Assembly: GCA_903873905.1 (NCBI GenBank)
Contig: CAIQQJ010000057.1
Coordinates: 8,058 to 72,057, forward strand
DNA: 64,000 nucleotides
Reading direction: 5' to 3'
Source of the DNA: an uncultured Flavobacteriales bacterium
GTDB lineage: Bacteria; Bacteroidota; Bacteroidia; Palsa-965
The translations under genes and the position numbers were made by a program. The notes beneath the pieces are model-generated. The model was not told the origin of the DNA and ran no database searches. It was given only the letters and a program-made list of their open reading frames with translations. Positions within the stretch are counted from its first letter, which is position 1. Each line of letters opens with the position of its first letter. Shown here piece after piece: positions 10,067 through 20,534 of the stretch.

Positions 10067-12163
10067 TTAAACTCTCACACCTAATACTAGCACGTCATCA
10101 AGTTGCTCTAGATTTCCTTTCCAATTTAAAAATTCTTCCTCAATTCTTTTTGCTTGCTCATTCAATGGCAAGGAAGAAACTTTTGTGAGCAGTTCATTGA
10201 AATTTTTGGAAAGATATTTTTTCCCTGTCGTTTCACCAAACTGATCAACATAACCGTCGGAAGAAAGATAAAAGGTTGTTTTGTTGGTTAGAGGAATTTC
10301 AATTTCTGCAAAAGGGGCATCGCCTTCTTTTTTTTCACCCGCAACAGAGTAGCGATCGCCTTTCACAAAATGAAATCCAGTTTGATCAACATAATAGAGT
10401 GGGCGACCAGCTCCGGAAAAAACGGCTTTTTTGTAGGTTGTATCAATACACAACATGGCAATGTCCATTCCATCGCTGGTGTCACGTGCGTCAACATCCT
10501 TGTTCAAGGCGTGGATCATCAGCACGTGCAAACGGTCAAGAATTTGGGATGGACTTGGTTTGCCATCCTGCTCAATAATTTTATTCAACATGTTGATTCC
10601 AATAACAGAAACCAAGGCTCCAGGAACACCGTGACCTGTACAATCGGCGACAGCAATGTAAGTGCAGCCTTCTTTTTCTGCCAACCAATAAAAATCTCCA
10701 CTCACAATATCGCGTGGTTTGTTTAAAATGAAAGACTCTACGCCCGATTTTTTTAGAATGCGATCATCGGGCATAACTGATTGTTGAATCCTTCTTGCAT
10801 AGGTTATACTTGCAGTGATTTCTTCTTTCTGTTGTGAAATCTCCACATTCTTTTTTTTGAGGATGAAATTGTGTTTTTGCTTGTTGCGCAATATTAAAAA
10901 GATGACAACAAGGATAATGAAGAATAAAATACTTCCAGAAAGAAATAAAATTGTATTGCGTCGATTTGCTTCTATTGCGAGTTTTGTCTGTGTGTCGGCA
11001 ATCAACATCAACTTGTTCTTTTTGTCCAACTCATAACTCTTCCGCATTTTTTCCACAGCTTCCGTTTGCGCCTGCCCATGAATACTGTCATTCAGATTCA
11101 TGTATCTTCTCAAATTGTAAAGCGCAGGCTCAAATTGTTTTTTCTTTTCGTAGGAGAGGCTAATTCCGTAATAAAATTCCGATTCAACATCCCGAATTCC
11201 AATTTGTTTTGCAATAATTAAACCACGTTGATAATTTGCCAATGCTGAATCTGGATTTCCCAAATCTCGTTCTGTATTTCCGATTGAAAGAAAGGCTTTT
11301 GCAACACCTTCTGGATGGTTCAATTCAATATTGAGAATAAGCGCTTTTCGTGAATAATAGATAGAGGAGTCATAATTACCTAATGCTTTGAAACAATCGC
11401 CAATATTATCATAAGTTGAACCAAGTCTCATTTTCATTCCGTTGCTGGAAAATTTGGAGAGGGCAATTCTAAAATAATAAAGTGCAGAATCATGTTTATC
11501 CAATTGTTCAAACATGGCACCAATATTTCCAAGTAATGCAGCTTCCAATTCCTGGTTATTATTGCTTTCTTTATTTAATCTATATCCTTCTTCGTAGGTT
11601 TTGAGAGCATTGGAAATATCATTTTGCCTATAATAAATATTTCCAAGTGTGAGTTTACAAACAGCGATTCCAAATTTATTTTTTAATTTTTCCTGCAACT
11701 TCAAGGAACGAATGGCATAATCTGCTGCGTTGGGATAATCACCTGTGCGATTGTAAACATTTGCAATGTTTAAATCTATTTTCGCAACTTCCTCTTCTTT
11801 TCCCATCTGTTTCCATCGTGTAAGCGAGGAATCATAATAGAGTATTGCATTTTCGAATTGGCCGCTGTTTTCAAAGCTCTGACCACACATGTTATAACCA
11901 TTCGCAAGTCCATGGGAATAATTTGCTTTACGCGAAATGGCTATTGCCTTTAGTGCAAATTCCTTATGTTGTATAGGATCTGAATAGCGATATAAACTTG
12001 CCAGTTGATTATACGTATTTGCTAAACTTGTGTCGTGCTGCTCAATTTTCAAAAGGGCTTTTAGACTGTCTGCTTTTTTTTCGTTTTGTCCGAAGGCAAC
12101 AGAAGAGACAACCTGTATAAACAGACAAAATGTTAGAATTAATTTTAGAAGACGAGTTGTCAT
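10067..12163 (-). CDS. TPR sensor - TM - PP2C/SpoIIE phosphatase
   Basis: Signal peptide, TPR array, TM, ASITYARRIQ, KPRDIVSGDFYW, DCTGHGVPGA, DGMD, SDGYVDQFG, QLDD. Confidence 0.93.
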   Translation of the reverse strand: MTTRLLKLILTFCLFIQVVSSVAFGQNEKKADSLKALLKIEQHDTSLANTYNQLASLYRYSDPIQHKEFALKAIAISRKANYSHGLANGYNMCGQSFENSGQFENAILYYDSSLTRWKQMGKEEEVAKIDLNIANVYNRTGDYPNAADYAIRSLKLQEKLKNKFGIAVCKLTLGNIYYRQNDISNALKTYEEGYRLNKESNNNQELEAALLGNIGAMFEQLDKHDSALYYFRIALSKFSSNGMKMRLGSTYDNIGDCFKALGNYDSSIYYSRKALILNIELNHPEGVAKAFLSIGNTERDLGNPDSALANYQRGLIIAKQIGIRDVESEFYYGISLSYEKKKQFEPALYNLRRYMNLNDSIHGQAQTEAVEKMRKSYELDKKNKLMLIADTQTKLAIEANRRNTILFLSGSILFFIILVVIFLILRNKQKHNFILKKKNVEISQQKEEITASITYARRIQQSVMPDDRILKKSGVESFILNKPRDIVSGDFYWLAEKEGCTYIAVADCTGHGVPGALVSVIGINMLNKIIEQDGKPSPSQILDRLHVLMIHALNKDVDARDTSDGMDIAMLCIDTTYKKAVFSGAGRPLYYVDQTGFHFVKGDRYSVAGEKKEGDAPFAEIEIPLTNKTTFYLSSDGYVDQFGETTGKKYLSKNFNELLTKVSSLPLNEQAKRIEEEFLNWKGNLEQLDDVLVLGVRV

Positions 12164-12183
12164 AAAATATAACTAAGATCAAA

Positions 12184-14268
12184 TTAATCCACCATAAGGC
12201 CAATTACTAGTATGTCATCCACTTGTTCCAAATTACCTTTCCAATCAACGAATTCCATTTTCAGGATTTGTTTTTGTTTTTCACAATCGTGGGAATGAAT
12301 TTTTGATAACAATTCCCTGAAACGGGTGTATTTGAATTTCTTTCCAGCCGGTCCGCCAAATTGATCAGCGTATCCGTCAGTGAAAAGGTACACCATATCG
12401 CCTGGGAAAAGTTGGATTTCATGATTGGTATAATTGTCGGCAACGCCATCAACATTTATTCCAATTGGGAATTTGTCGGAATTCAATTGAATGAATTCGC
12501 CCTTTGTGATGATGTAAGCCGGATTAAAAGCCCCTGCGTATTGCAGTTTTCTTGTTGAAGGATCGTAAGAACAAATGGCAATGTCCATTCCATCCTTTAC
12601 GGTATTGCCCGCATCAGATTGCCGCAATAATTTGTTCACACCAAAATCCAAGTGATGCAAAATGTCGGAAGGTTTTGTCAATCCCATTTCATTTACCGCC
12701 TGATTCAACAAATTGAAACCGATTACTGACATCAATGCACCAGGAACACCATGACCTGTACAATCTACTGCAGAGAAAATGGAATACTTGTCTCTACTAT
12801 CCAGCCAATAGAAATCACCACTCACAACGTCTTTTGGTTCGTAAAGGATAAAACTATTTGGAAGGACACGTTTGATTTGGTTTGGTGGAGGTAGAATGGA
12901 ATCCTGAATTTTCTTGGCGTAATTGATACTGTCGGTAATTGATTTTTTTTGCATGGAAATTTCAATGTTATTCTTCTCCAGTGCAGTGTTGAGTTTTTCT
13001 TTTACACGATAGCGGTAAAAAATAAATGCAATAATGATAAGCAACAACAATATTCCAACGATCAACATGAGAATGTTTCGAGATGCTCCGACTTTTTCTG
13101 CTTTATGTTCCGCCTCGATCAATTCCAGTTTGTGCTGCTCTTTTTCCGAATCGTAACGGGATCGAAGTTGATTTACTGCATTTACACTTTCTTCCCCTTT
13201 GACACTATCGTTAAGTGATTTATAACGGTCCAAAAAATAATAGGCAGAATCAAATTTGTTTAGTCCGGCAAAAGCAATTGCAATTCCCTCATAACAACCC
13301 AAGCGCTGCGATTTGGATTCCATGATATAGGCAATACGCAATGCGTAGGAATAAAAATATAAAGCTGAATCATGATGGTTAAGGTCGTTTGATAAACTTC
13401 CAAGATTCTGAAATGTTGAACAAACTCCACTTGTGTCACCATTCACTCTTCGCAAAGTCAAACTTCTTCTGAATAATTCACCTGCCTCATTATATTTTTT
13501 TTGAAATTGACGAATGGTTCCGAGGTTATTGAGACAAACGGATAATTCATAAACGGCATTTTCCTTACTGAAAATAGTTTCCCCTTTTTGATAATAGTAG
13601 GCCGCGCTATCATAACTCTGCATTGCATTATAAACGTTGCCGATATTAGTTAATGCCCTTCCCTTAAATTCAGGTTGAGTGGGGAAATGATAAGCAATTC
13701 TCAATGCCTCACGATATTGTTTCAATGTAAGGTCAAAGGATTTTTGTTCAATCAAAACATTGCCAATGGCAAGATGCATGGCGAACTGTCCTTCATAATT
13801 GTTCAATATTTCATAAAACCTCAACGCTTGATAAGCGTGATCAACTGCTGCAGTATAATCTCCGATGAAATATTCATTGTTGGCCATGTTGCCAAGGGAT
13901 TTGGCTTGGCCCAGTGTGTCATTCAGTCTTGCGTAAACTTCATAAGATTGCTGTTGGTCCTTGATTGCTTCCACGAAATTTCCACCAGTTTGATCCGCAA
14001 GTCCGAGCATCAAATATGAAGTTGCAATTCCCCAATCATAATTTGACTTTTTCGCAAGAGAAAGTGCTTGCAGGGCATAACTTCTTTCGGATGTATCGTA
14101 TTGGTCATCCAATAATTTTGTGATTTTCACCAATACATTTACACGTTCAGTATCCTGCAAATTACCAGATAGGAGTTTTTTCAAACTGTCAACATTGTTC
14201 TGTGCCACAATGTTGCCCAATGAAAAACAGCAAATAAAAAAAATGATTGAGACGAAATGTTTTTTCAT
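12184..14268 (-). CDS. TPR sensor - TM - PP2C/SpoIIE phosphatase
   Basis: Same architecture; DSINYAKKIQ, DCTGHGVPGA, TDGYADQFGG, QVDD. Confidence 0.93.
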   Translation of the reverse strand: MKKHFVSIIFFICCFSLGNIVAQNNVDSLKKLLSGNLQDTERVNVLVKITKLLDDQYDTSERSYALQALSLAKKSNYDWGIATSYLMLGLADQTGGNFVEAIKDQQQSYEVYARLNDTLGQAKSLGNMANNEYFIGDYTAAVDHAYQALRFYEILNNYEGQFAMHLAIGNVLIEQKSFDLTLKQYREALRIAYHFPTQPEFKGRALTNIGNVYNAMQSYDSAAYYYQKGETIFSKENAVYELSVCLNNLGTIRQFQKKYNEAGELFRRSLTLRRVNGDTSGVCSTFQNLGSLSNDLNHHDSALYFYSYALRIAYIMESKSQRLGCYEGIAIAFAGLNKFDSAYYFLDRYKSLNDSVKGEESVNAVNQLRSRYDSEKEQHKLELIEAEHKAEKVGASRNILMLIVGILLLLIIIAFIFYRYRVKEKLNTALEKNNIEISMQKKSITDSINYAKKIQDSILPPPNQIKRVLPNSFILYEPKDVVSGDFYWLDSRDKYSIFSAVDCTGHGVPGALMSVIGFNLLNQAVNEMGLTKPSDILHHLDFGVNKLLRQSDAGNTVKDGMDIAICSYDPSTRKLQYAGAFNPAYIITKGEFIQLNSDKFPIGINVDGVADNYTNHEIQLFPGDMVYLFTDGYADQFGGPAGKKFKYTRFRELLSKIHSHDCEKQKQILKMEFVDWKGNLEQVDDILVIGLMVD

Positions 14269-14271
14269 AAT

Positions 14272-17200
14272 CTATGTTTTATAACGAAATCCGATCACAA
14301 GAACATCGTCCACCTGTTCCAATTTTCCTTTCCAGTCCAAAAATGATTTTTCAAAAAAATCATATTGGGCAGGCATTGGTTGTAAGTGAATTTCCTGCAG
14401 CATTTCCTGAAAACGTTTTACCATGAGTTTTTTCCCTCTGTCCCCTCCGAACTGATCGGCATAACCATCGGAAGTAAGGTAAAAACAATCGCCATCATTT
14501 AATTCTGTTTCGTGTAATGTGTAAAATCTTTCATCACCACCATGATCACCTCCAATTGAATATTTATTCGCAGGAAAAACAATCATTTGGTTTTTTCTCA
14601 TCATCCAAAGTGGACGATTCGCACCTGCATAACTTAATTTTTTCTTTTCGAAATCCACAAGGCACAGTGAAATGTCCATGCCATCGCGCGTTTCTCCACC
14701 CATATCCTGGTGCAATGCCTGTCGAATTCTAATATGTAACAGATTCAGAATCTTATCAGGAGATTCAATGTTTTTTTCCAAAACAATTTCATTCAAGAGC
14801 GTATTGCCAATCATGCTCATGAATGCACCTGGTACACCGTGGCCCGTGCAATCCACACAAGCGATCCAAGTTAAATTGCCACGTTTCACAAACCAATAAA
14901 AATCCCCGCTTACAATGTCGCGCGGATGAAATAGAACGAATGAATCAGGAAATGAATTATGTATTTCTGATTGCATTGGAAGAATGGCATGTTGAATTCT
15001 TTCAGCATAATGAATGCTGTCTTGAATACCCTTGTAGGCATATTCAAGTTCAGAATTCTGAATTTCTATTTTCACTTTTTGTTCAACCACCTCGGCTGTT
15101 CTTTCTTGTACAATAATTTCCAGCTTTTCCTTTTGTGTACGCAAGCGACGAGCACTCAAACGAACAGAAATGAAAATGATGCCGAGAAAAGCAAGAACAA
15201 ATAAAATGTAAGCCAATGTGGTTCTATACCAAGGAGGAAGAATGGTGAAAGTGTATGAACCTTCCTTGCTAGTTCGTCCAAGGAGATTGTACATTTTTAC
15301 TTTGAAAGTATATTTTCCTTCGGAAAGATTTGTGTAACTCTTCTCAGGATTTCCTTTTACTGGATACCAAGTAGTGTCAAACCCTTCGAGTTTGTACAAA
15401 TAATTTGTTTCACCATCCAATTCATAATAAGGGGCGGAAAATTTGAAAACAATCGAATTGAATTGATAGGGAATTGCCTGCGCATTGGTGAAATTGATGT
15501 TGTCGGAACCGAAATAGATCGTGGAATCTTTTCCAATTTTTACGGAAGAAATTATGGTGTTGAAAGGGATGTCGCTTGGAGGGTTGATGTTGCTGTTATA
15601 ACGCAACAGAATCGAATTTGATAAAAGCCAAGCAATTCCGTTTGGTTCAGAATAGACATATTGAAGTTCGTTTCCGCCGAAACAATATCCAATAGGCAAT
15701 TTTGTACGGAAGAATTTGTTTTTCGAATCCATTCCATAGAAGGTGATTAATGGAGAGATATTTGTTTGGAGAAATAAGGAATAATCAAAGGGTGGTTTTA
15801 ATCCAATAAAATTCCCGTCAAAAAGCAGGTCGAATATTTCCGGCGCATTGGAAAAACATTTTGATTTAGGATCAGTAGCTCGTGAAGGAATATATCTGTA
15901 AGCTTTTGTTCCACTGAAAAAATAAGTGGAATCACCGACAACAACCATATATGTTTGTTCCATCGGTAGTCCATTTGTTGTGTCATAACGTTGAATGGTA
16001 AAATTCGTGTCGTTGACATTGAACCGGGCATGGATGACCTCCTTGAATCGATTCGCACACCAGAAATCATATTGGTCATTTTTCTTCGAAGCATAATTGA
16101 TTCTGCCAATCCTGATAATATCTTCTCCAGGAATTTCATAGTGACGAATTAATTTCGGAAGGTGTCCGTCAATAAAACTGTAAACAGACATTCCGCCTTT
16201 TTCCATCGCAATGAATTCATCTGGATTAGGTGATTCACAAACACGGTTGATGTATTGGGACGAAAACTTTTCAATTTTGCCATTATGGGAATAAAAAAGC
16301 CCTTCGCTTGTGCTGATGAATAAATCGCCTTTTAATATGGTGAGGTTCCATACTTCTGTATGTGGAATTTCTTCCACCCTTTTAAATCGCAAATTGCTTG
16401 GAGAACCATTCACATTGGAACATTCAATGAATAATCCTTCCGTTGTACCTGCAAAAAGATTTCCCTGATATCGAATCAGCCATTGCAAGGTTCCGGAAAA
16501 ACCCGACTGGTCGCTGAAAAAAAGCGCAGGTGAATTGTAGCTGACCTTGCTGATTCCGTTATTATGCATCAGCCAAATGTTTTTCTGTCGATCAACAAAA
16601 ACATCTGCAATCGATTCATCACCGAGTCCAGATTTTTTATTCAGAATCTCAATCAGTTGAGCATTCCGATTATAAAATCCAATTCCAGATCGTGTAAAAA
16701 CAGCAAAGGTGGAATCATTCACCCATTCACAACCTAATGCACCATGATAGCTTGAAAATGTATCGGCTTTTTCCGACAATGTAGAAAACCAGGTGACCGA
16801 TCTTGAATTGAGTTTTGGATCCATTACAAAAAAGCCGCTGTCGCTGCTCACAATAAGACTCTTCTGATTTTTCCATGGAATCATTCCCAGAAGGCGGGTG
16901 TTTACAAATCGTTCACCACCCGGGCACAATTGCAATTTGTCATTGACAATTTCCATTAATCCAACGGTTCGTTGCCGCACGAATAATTTTCCGTTAGATT
17001 GAAACATCAATGCAAATCCCTTTTCGCGTGAAGCTTCAATAGTGCCAATTATTTTTTTCTCCTTGCAAATGAAAATACGTTCTGTTGATTGGAAATAGAT
17101 TTTTCCATTTGCACCAAAAACTTTCCAGATGTCTGAAAATGTTTTTTGGTTCGAATCGAGCGATGTGGTTAATGATACAAAACCCAATTTGCCATTAACA

Positions 17201-17529
17201 GAATCGCGTTGCAAATATCCGAACTCACCAACTGCGCCAACATAAATAATTCCAGTTGTGCTATCAATCATGATTTGTCGATTGGCAGAACCGGATTTTA
17301 CAAGAACATTTTGAAAAGTTGTACCGTCAAAAACAAAAATGGAAGACGTTCCTGCAAAATAGAGTAACCCATTTTTATCTTGCGTCGCCTGCCACATTTG
17401 GTTGAAGCCAAGGTAATCTTTCGGTGTATAATTTTTAATGTGATATCCCGAACGCTGCGCAAACACTTCCCTCCCTGAAAAAATCAGAAGGAAAACAAAC
17501 AACAAACTATTCTTGATTGCAGAATTCAT
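14272..17529 (-). CDS. Beta-propeller + Y_Y_Y sensor - TM - PP2C/SpoIIE phosphatase
   Basis: Propeller repeats; YLYKLEGFD...YTNLSEGKYTFKVK; PPWYRT; DSIHYAERIQ; intact PP2C motifs. Confidence 0.93.
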   Translation of the reverse strand: MNSAIKNSLLFVFLLIFSGREVFAQRSGYHIKNYTPKDYLGFNQMWQATQDKNGLLYFAGTSSIFVFDGTTFQNVLVKSGSANRQIMIDSTTGIIYVGAVGEFGYLQRDSVNGKLGFVSLTTSLDSNQKTFSDIWKVFGANGKIYFQSTERIFICKEKKIIGTIEASREKGFALMFQSNGKLFVRQRTVGLMEIVNDKLQLCPGGERFVNTRLLGMIPWKNQKSLIVSSDSGFFVMDPKLNSRSVTWFSTLSEKADTFSSYHGALGCEWVNDSTFAVFTRSGIGFYNRNAQLIEILNKKSGLGDESIADVFVDRQKNIWLMHNNGISKVSYNSPALFFSDQSGFSGTLQWLIRYQGNLFAGTTEGLFIECSNVNGSPSNLRFKRVEEIPHTEVWNLTILKGDLFISTSEGLFYSHNGKIEKFSSQYINRVCESPNPDEFIAMEKGGMSVYSFIDGHLPKLIRHYEIPGEDIIRIGRINYASKKNDQYDFWCANRFKEVIHARFNVNDTNFTIQRYDTTNGLPMEQTYMVVVGDSTYFFSGTKAYRYIPSRATDPKSKCFSNAPEIFDLLFDGNFIGLKPPFDYSLFLQTNISPLITFYGMDSKNKFFRTKLPIGYCFGGNELQYVYSEPNGIAWLLSNSILLRYNSNINPPSDIPFNTIISSVKIGKDSTIYFGSDNINFTNAQAIPYQFNSIVFKFSAPYYELDGETNYLYKLEGFDTTWYPVKGNPEKSYTNLSEGKYTFKVKMYNLLGRTSKEGSYTFTILPPWYRTTLAYILFVLAFLGIIFISVRLSARRLRTQKEKLEIIVQERTAEVVEQKVKIEIQNSELEYAYKGIQDSIHYAERIQHAILPMQSEIHNSFPDSFVLFHPRDIVSGDFYWFVKRGNLTWIACVDCTGHGVPGAFMSMIGNTLLNEIVLEKNIESPDKILNLLHIRIRQALHQDMGGETRDGMDISLCLVDFEKKKLSYAGANRPLWMMRKNQMIVFPANKYSIGGDHGGDERFYTLHETELNDGDCFYLTSDGYADQFGGDRGKKLMVKRFQEMLQEIHLQPMPAQYDFFEKSFLDWKGKLEQVDDVLVIGFRYKT

Positions 17530-18692
17530 TTCAATTTGTCAAGTGCTTGTTCAATATCAGCCGCGATATCTGTAATGTGTTCAAGTCCCACAGAAACTCT
17601 TACAAGTCCTGCAGTGATTCCTGTTTTCTGGCGTTCCTCTTCGGTAAGTTTGGAATGTGTGGTGGAAGCTGGATGTGTAATAGTTGTGCGCGTGTCTCCC
17701 AAATTCGCAGTTAACGAACACATTTTTATACTGTCAAGAAATTTTCTTCCATGCGCAAGACCTCCTTTTAATTCGAAGGTTACAATTCCACCACCGGATT
17801 TCATTTGTTTTTTTGCAATGGCATAGTGTGGATGCGAAAGCAGAAATGGATACTTCACACTTGCTATCAGCGGATGATGCTGCAACATGGAAGCCAGTTT
17901 CAATGCATTTTCTGAATGACGTTCCATTCGAAGATGAAGTGTTTCCAAACTTTTTGAAAGTACCCAAGCATTGAAAGGTGAAAGTGATGGACCTGTGCTT
18001 CTGCAGAACAAATAAATTTCCTTGATCAATTCTTTTTTTCCTAGAACAGCACCACCAAGAACTCGGCCTTGTCCATCAATGAATTTGGTTGCCGAATGTG
18101 TGATGAGATCGGCGCCATAGTGTGCGGGTTGTTGTAGTGCTGGTGTTGCAAAACAATTGTCAACGTTCAACAACACTTTATGTTTTTTCGCCAATTGTCC
18201 GAGCCATTCCAAATCCACTAAATCTAAACCGGGATTCGTTGGTGTCTCTACGAAAATCATTTTTGTATTTTTCTGAATCAACGCTTCCCAAGTTTCAGGT
18301 TTGTTGATGTCTGCATAGGTGAATGTGATTCCCCAGCGCACCAAATATTTTGAAATGACCGTATGCGTTGATCCGAAAATGGAACTGCAGGCAAGCAAGT
18401 GATCACCACTTTTCAGAAATGCCAGAAATGATGCAACGATTGCCGACATTCCGGACGCCGTAGCAAAACCAGCTTCTGTTCCTTCGAGCGCACACATTTT
18501 ATCCACAAACTCATTCACATTTGGATTTGAAAAACGGGAATAAATATTGTCTTCATTTTCATCCGCAAATGTTGCACGCATGTGTTCCGAATCATCGAAT
18601 ACAAAACTTGACGTTAGAAATAACGGAACAGAATGTTCATGTTCCTGTGAACGTTCGTTTTGAATTCGAATGGCTTTTGTTTCTGGCTTCAT
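17526..18692 (-). CDS. metZ: O-acylhomoserine sulfhydrylase (trans-sulfuration PLP enzyme, MetZ type)
   Basis: YSRFSNP, ASGMSA, ETPTNP, VDNCFATP, HSATKFIDGQG (PLP lysine), HPASTTH. Confidence 0.88.
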   Translation of the reverse strand: MKPETKAIRIQNERSQEHEHSVPLFLTSSFVFDDSEHMRATFADENEDNIYSRFSNPNVNEFVDKMCALEGTEAGFATASGMSAIVASFLAFLKSGDHLLACSSIFGSTHTVISKYLVRWGITFTYADINKPETWEALIQKNTKMIFVETPTNPGLDLVDLEWLGQLAKKHKVLLNVDNCFATPALQQPAHYGADLITHSATKFIDGQGRVLGGAVLGKKELIKEIYLFCRSTGPSLSPFNAWVLSKSLETLHLRMERHSENALKLASMLQHHPLIASVKYPFLLSHPHYAIAKKQMKSGGGIVTFELKGGLAHGRKFLDSIKMCSLTANLGDTRTTITHPASTTHSKLTEEERQKTGITAGLVRVSVGLEHITDIAADIEQALDKLK

Positions 18693-18728
18693 TTTATTTT
18701 TGAGTTCGGGGTAAGTAGTTACGAGCAG

Positions 18729-19160
18729 TTATGAAATTAGATTTCCATTCACACGAACTTCCCAAGTAATTTTTGCATCCGCTTTTTCTAACGTTGCAGC
18801 AACAGAACAATATTTTTCCATCGATAATTGAACAGCACGTTTTGCTTTTTCGGGTTCGATGGTTCCGTCGAGATGGTAAATCACGTGAACGTCTTGCCAA
18901 AGAGCGGGTTCTTTTTCTTTTTCCCTTTCACCGTCAATTTCTATTCTGAAATCTGTGATTTCCTGTTTTTGTTTTTTCAGGATGATGATGATATCAACTG
19001 CGCTACATCCACCAAGCGCCATCAATAAACTTTGCATCGGACGAATGCCTTTTCCTTTTCCTCCCTGTTCAGGAGCGATATCGAAGATGACAGAATTTCC
19101 CTCTTCACTTTTCGCTTCAAATTGAAAAGCATCGTCAAGGCGTTGTAGTTGTACTTTCAT
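18729..19160 (-). CDS. OsmC/YhfA family protein
   Basis: G-x-RPMQ-x-LL-x-ALGGCS-x-x-D and LS-x-EKYCSVA conserved cysteine motifs; start set at MKVQLQR. Confidence 0.9.
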   Translation of the reverse strand: MKVQLQRLDDAFQFEAKSEEGNSVIFDIAPEQGGKGKGIRPMQSLLMALGGCSAVDIIIILKKQKQEITDFRIEIDGEREKEKEPALWQDVHVIYHLDGTIEPEKAKRAVQLSMEKYCSVAATLEKADAKITWEVRVNGNLIS

Positions 19161-19250
19161 AGGAGTTTTTCGAGATTTCAAAGATAGAAAAGCTTTACTC
19201 CCCAAGGGACTTCCAAGAAGCAAAACTCATTATCTTCGACCAATCTTTCA

Positions 19251-20261
19251 ATGAAAACAGACATTTTTCATAGCAAAAAGCCTTTTGCGACTGAATCTGG
19301 AATAACCCTTTCAGGTTTAGACTTGTCGTATTGTACTTCGGGAACCTTCATTGCAGGGAAAAGTAAAGTGGTTTGGGTTTGTCACGCCCTTACTGCAAGT
19401 GCCGATTGTGTGGATTGGTGGCCCGATTTGATTGGTGTTGGACAAGCAATTGATCCAGAAGAATATTTTATTGTTTGCATGAATATTCCTTCGTCGTGCT
19501 ATGGATCTTCGGGACCGATGAGTATTAATCCCGAAAACAATTCACCTTATTTCGGCGAATTTCCGGTTTTTACAATTCGTGATATCGTGCATGCAACAAT
19601 TTTATTGCGTGAACATTTGGGAATTGAAAAAATTCATTTGTTGATTGGTGGATCGATGGGCGGTTATCAATGTGTGGAGTGGGGCATCATGGAAAGTGAT
19701 CGAATTGAAAATCTTGCATTGGTTGCGACGGCTGCGCGTGAGAGCGCTTGGGGAATTGCAATTCATACCGCGCAGCGATTGGCCATTGAAACGGATCCCA
19801 CCTATGGAGAAAAAAATGCGAATGCTGGTGCGAAAGGATTAAAAACGGCACGCGCAATTGGAATGTTGACTTACAGAAATTATCAGGCATTTGTAAATAC
19901 ACAAACAGATACGGATGATCGAATAGAAAATTTCCGTTCCGAATCTTACATTCATTATCAAGGTGAAAAATTGGTGAAGCGTTTTAATGCATATTCCTAT
20001 TTTCTATTGACAAAATCAATGGATTCTCACAACGTTGCGCGTGATCGCGGAAGAGTGGAAGATGTGTTGAAAAAAATAAAAGCAAAAACTATTTGCATCG
20101 GCATCAGCAGTGATAATCTCTGTCCTGTGAATGAGCAGAAATTTTTGGCAGAGCATATTCCCAATGCAAAATTTGTGGAAATCGATTCTCCGTTTGGTCA
20201 CGATGGTTTTTTGGTGGAAGGAGAAAAGATTGGTTCTCTTATCATAGACTTTCTCAAGTAG
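19251..20261 (+). CDS. metX: Homoserine O-acetyltransferase
   Basis: VCHALT, GGSMGG nucleophile, DSPFGHDGFL catalytic His; divergent from metZ. Confidence 0.92.
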   Translation: MKTDIFHSKKPFATESGITLSGLDLSYCTSGTFIAGKSKVVWVCHALTASADCVDWWPDLIGVGQAIDPEEYFIVCMNIPSSCYGSSGPMSINPENNSPYFGEFPVFTIRDIVHATILLREHLGIEKIHLLIGGSMGGYQCVEWGIMESDRIENLALVATAARESAWGIAIHTAQRLAIETDPTYGEKNANAGAKGLKTARAIGMLTYRNYQAFVNTQTDTDDRIENFRSESYIHYQGEKLVKRFNAYSYFLLTKSMDSHNVARDRGRVEDVLKKIKAKTICIGISSDNLCPVNEQKFLAEHIPNAKFVEIDSPFGHDGFLVEGEKIGSLIIDFLK

Positions 20262-20365
20262 GATTTTGAATGTCGAATATCGATTGCAGAATATCGAATA
20301 GCGAAGGCTCTCCTAATTTTCACTTCGATTTTCTACATTGGATATTCAATAATGGATATTCAATT
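20262..20365. repeat. Degenerate 7-mer inverted arrays downstream of metX
   Basis: GAATGTC GAATATC GATTGCA GAATATC GAATAG followed by complementary GATATTC-type units. Confidence 0.6.
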
Positions 20366-20370
20366 TTTCA

Positions 20371-20489
20371 GGGCGTGCTCCCAATTCCCCCAACAGAATT
20401 GTTGGGGTTGGGAGGATCGGGCTCCCGCTATTACTCCTCGTCCCAACATTTCTATTGGGAGGGTAACCGCTACTATCCCTCACGCAAAA
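20371..20489. repeat. Full-length GGGCGTG...ACTATCCCTCACGC REP/MITE-like element with two hairpins
   Basis: CTCCCAA-TTCCCCCAACAGAATTGTTGGGG-TTGGGAG hairpin and TCCCAA...TTGGGA hairpin; termini shared with 1893-1950. Confidence 0.75.
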
Positions 20490-20534
20490 GAATCATTTTT
20501 AATCTGCACATCTGAAATCTGCACATCATTTTCC

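Noticed and set aside
19161..19250. SAM riboswitch for metX/metZ
   Set aside because: The gap is only 90 bp, is shared by divergent genes and lacks recognisable SAM aptamer motifs.
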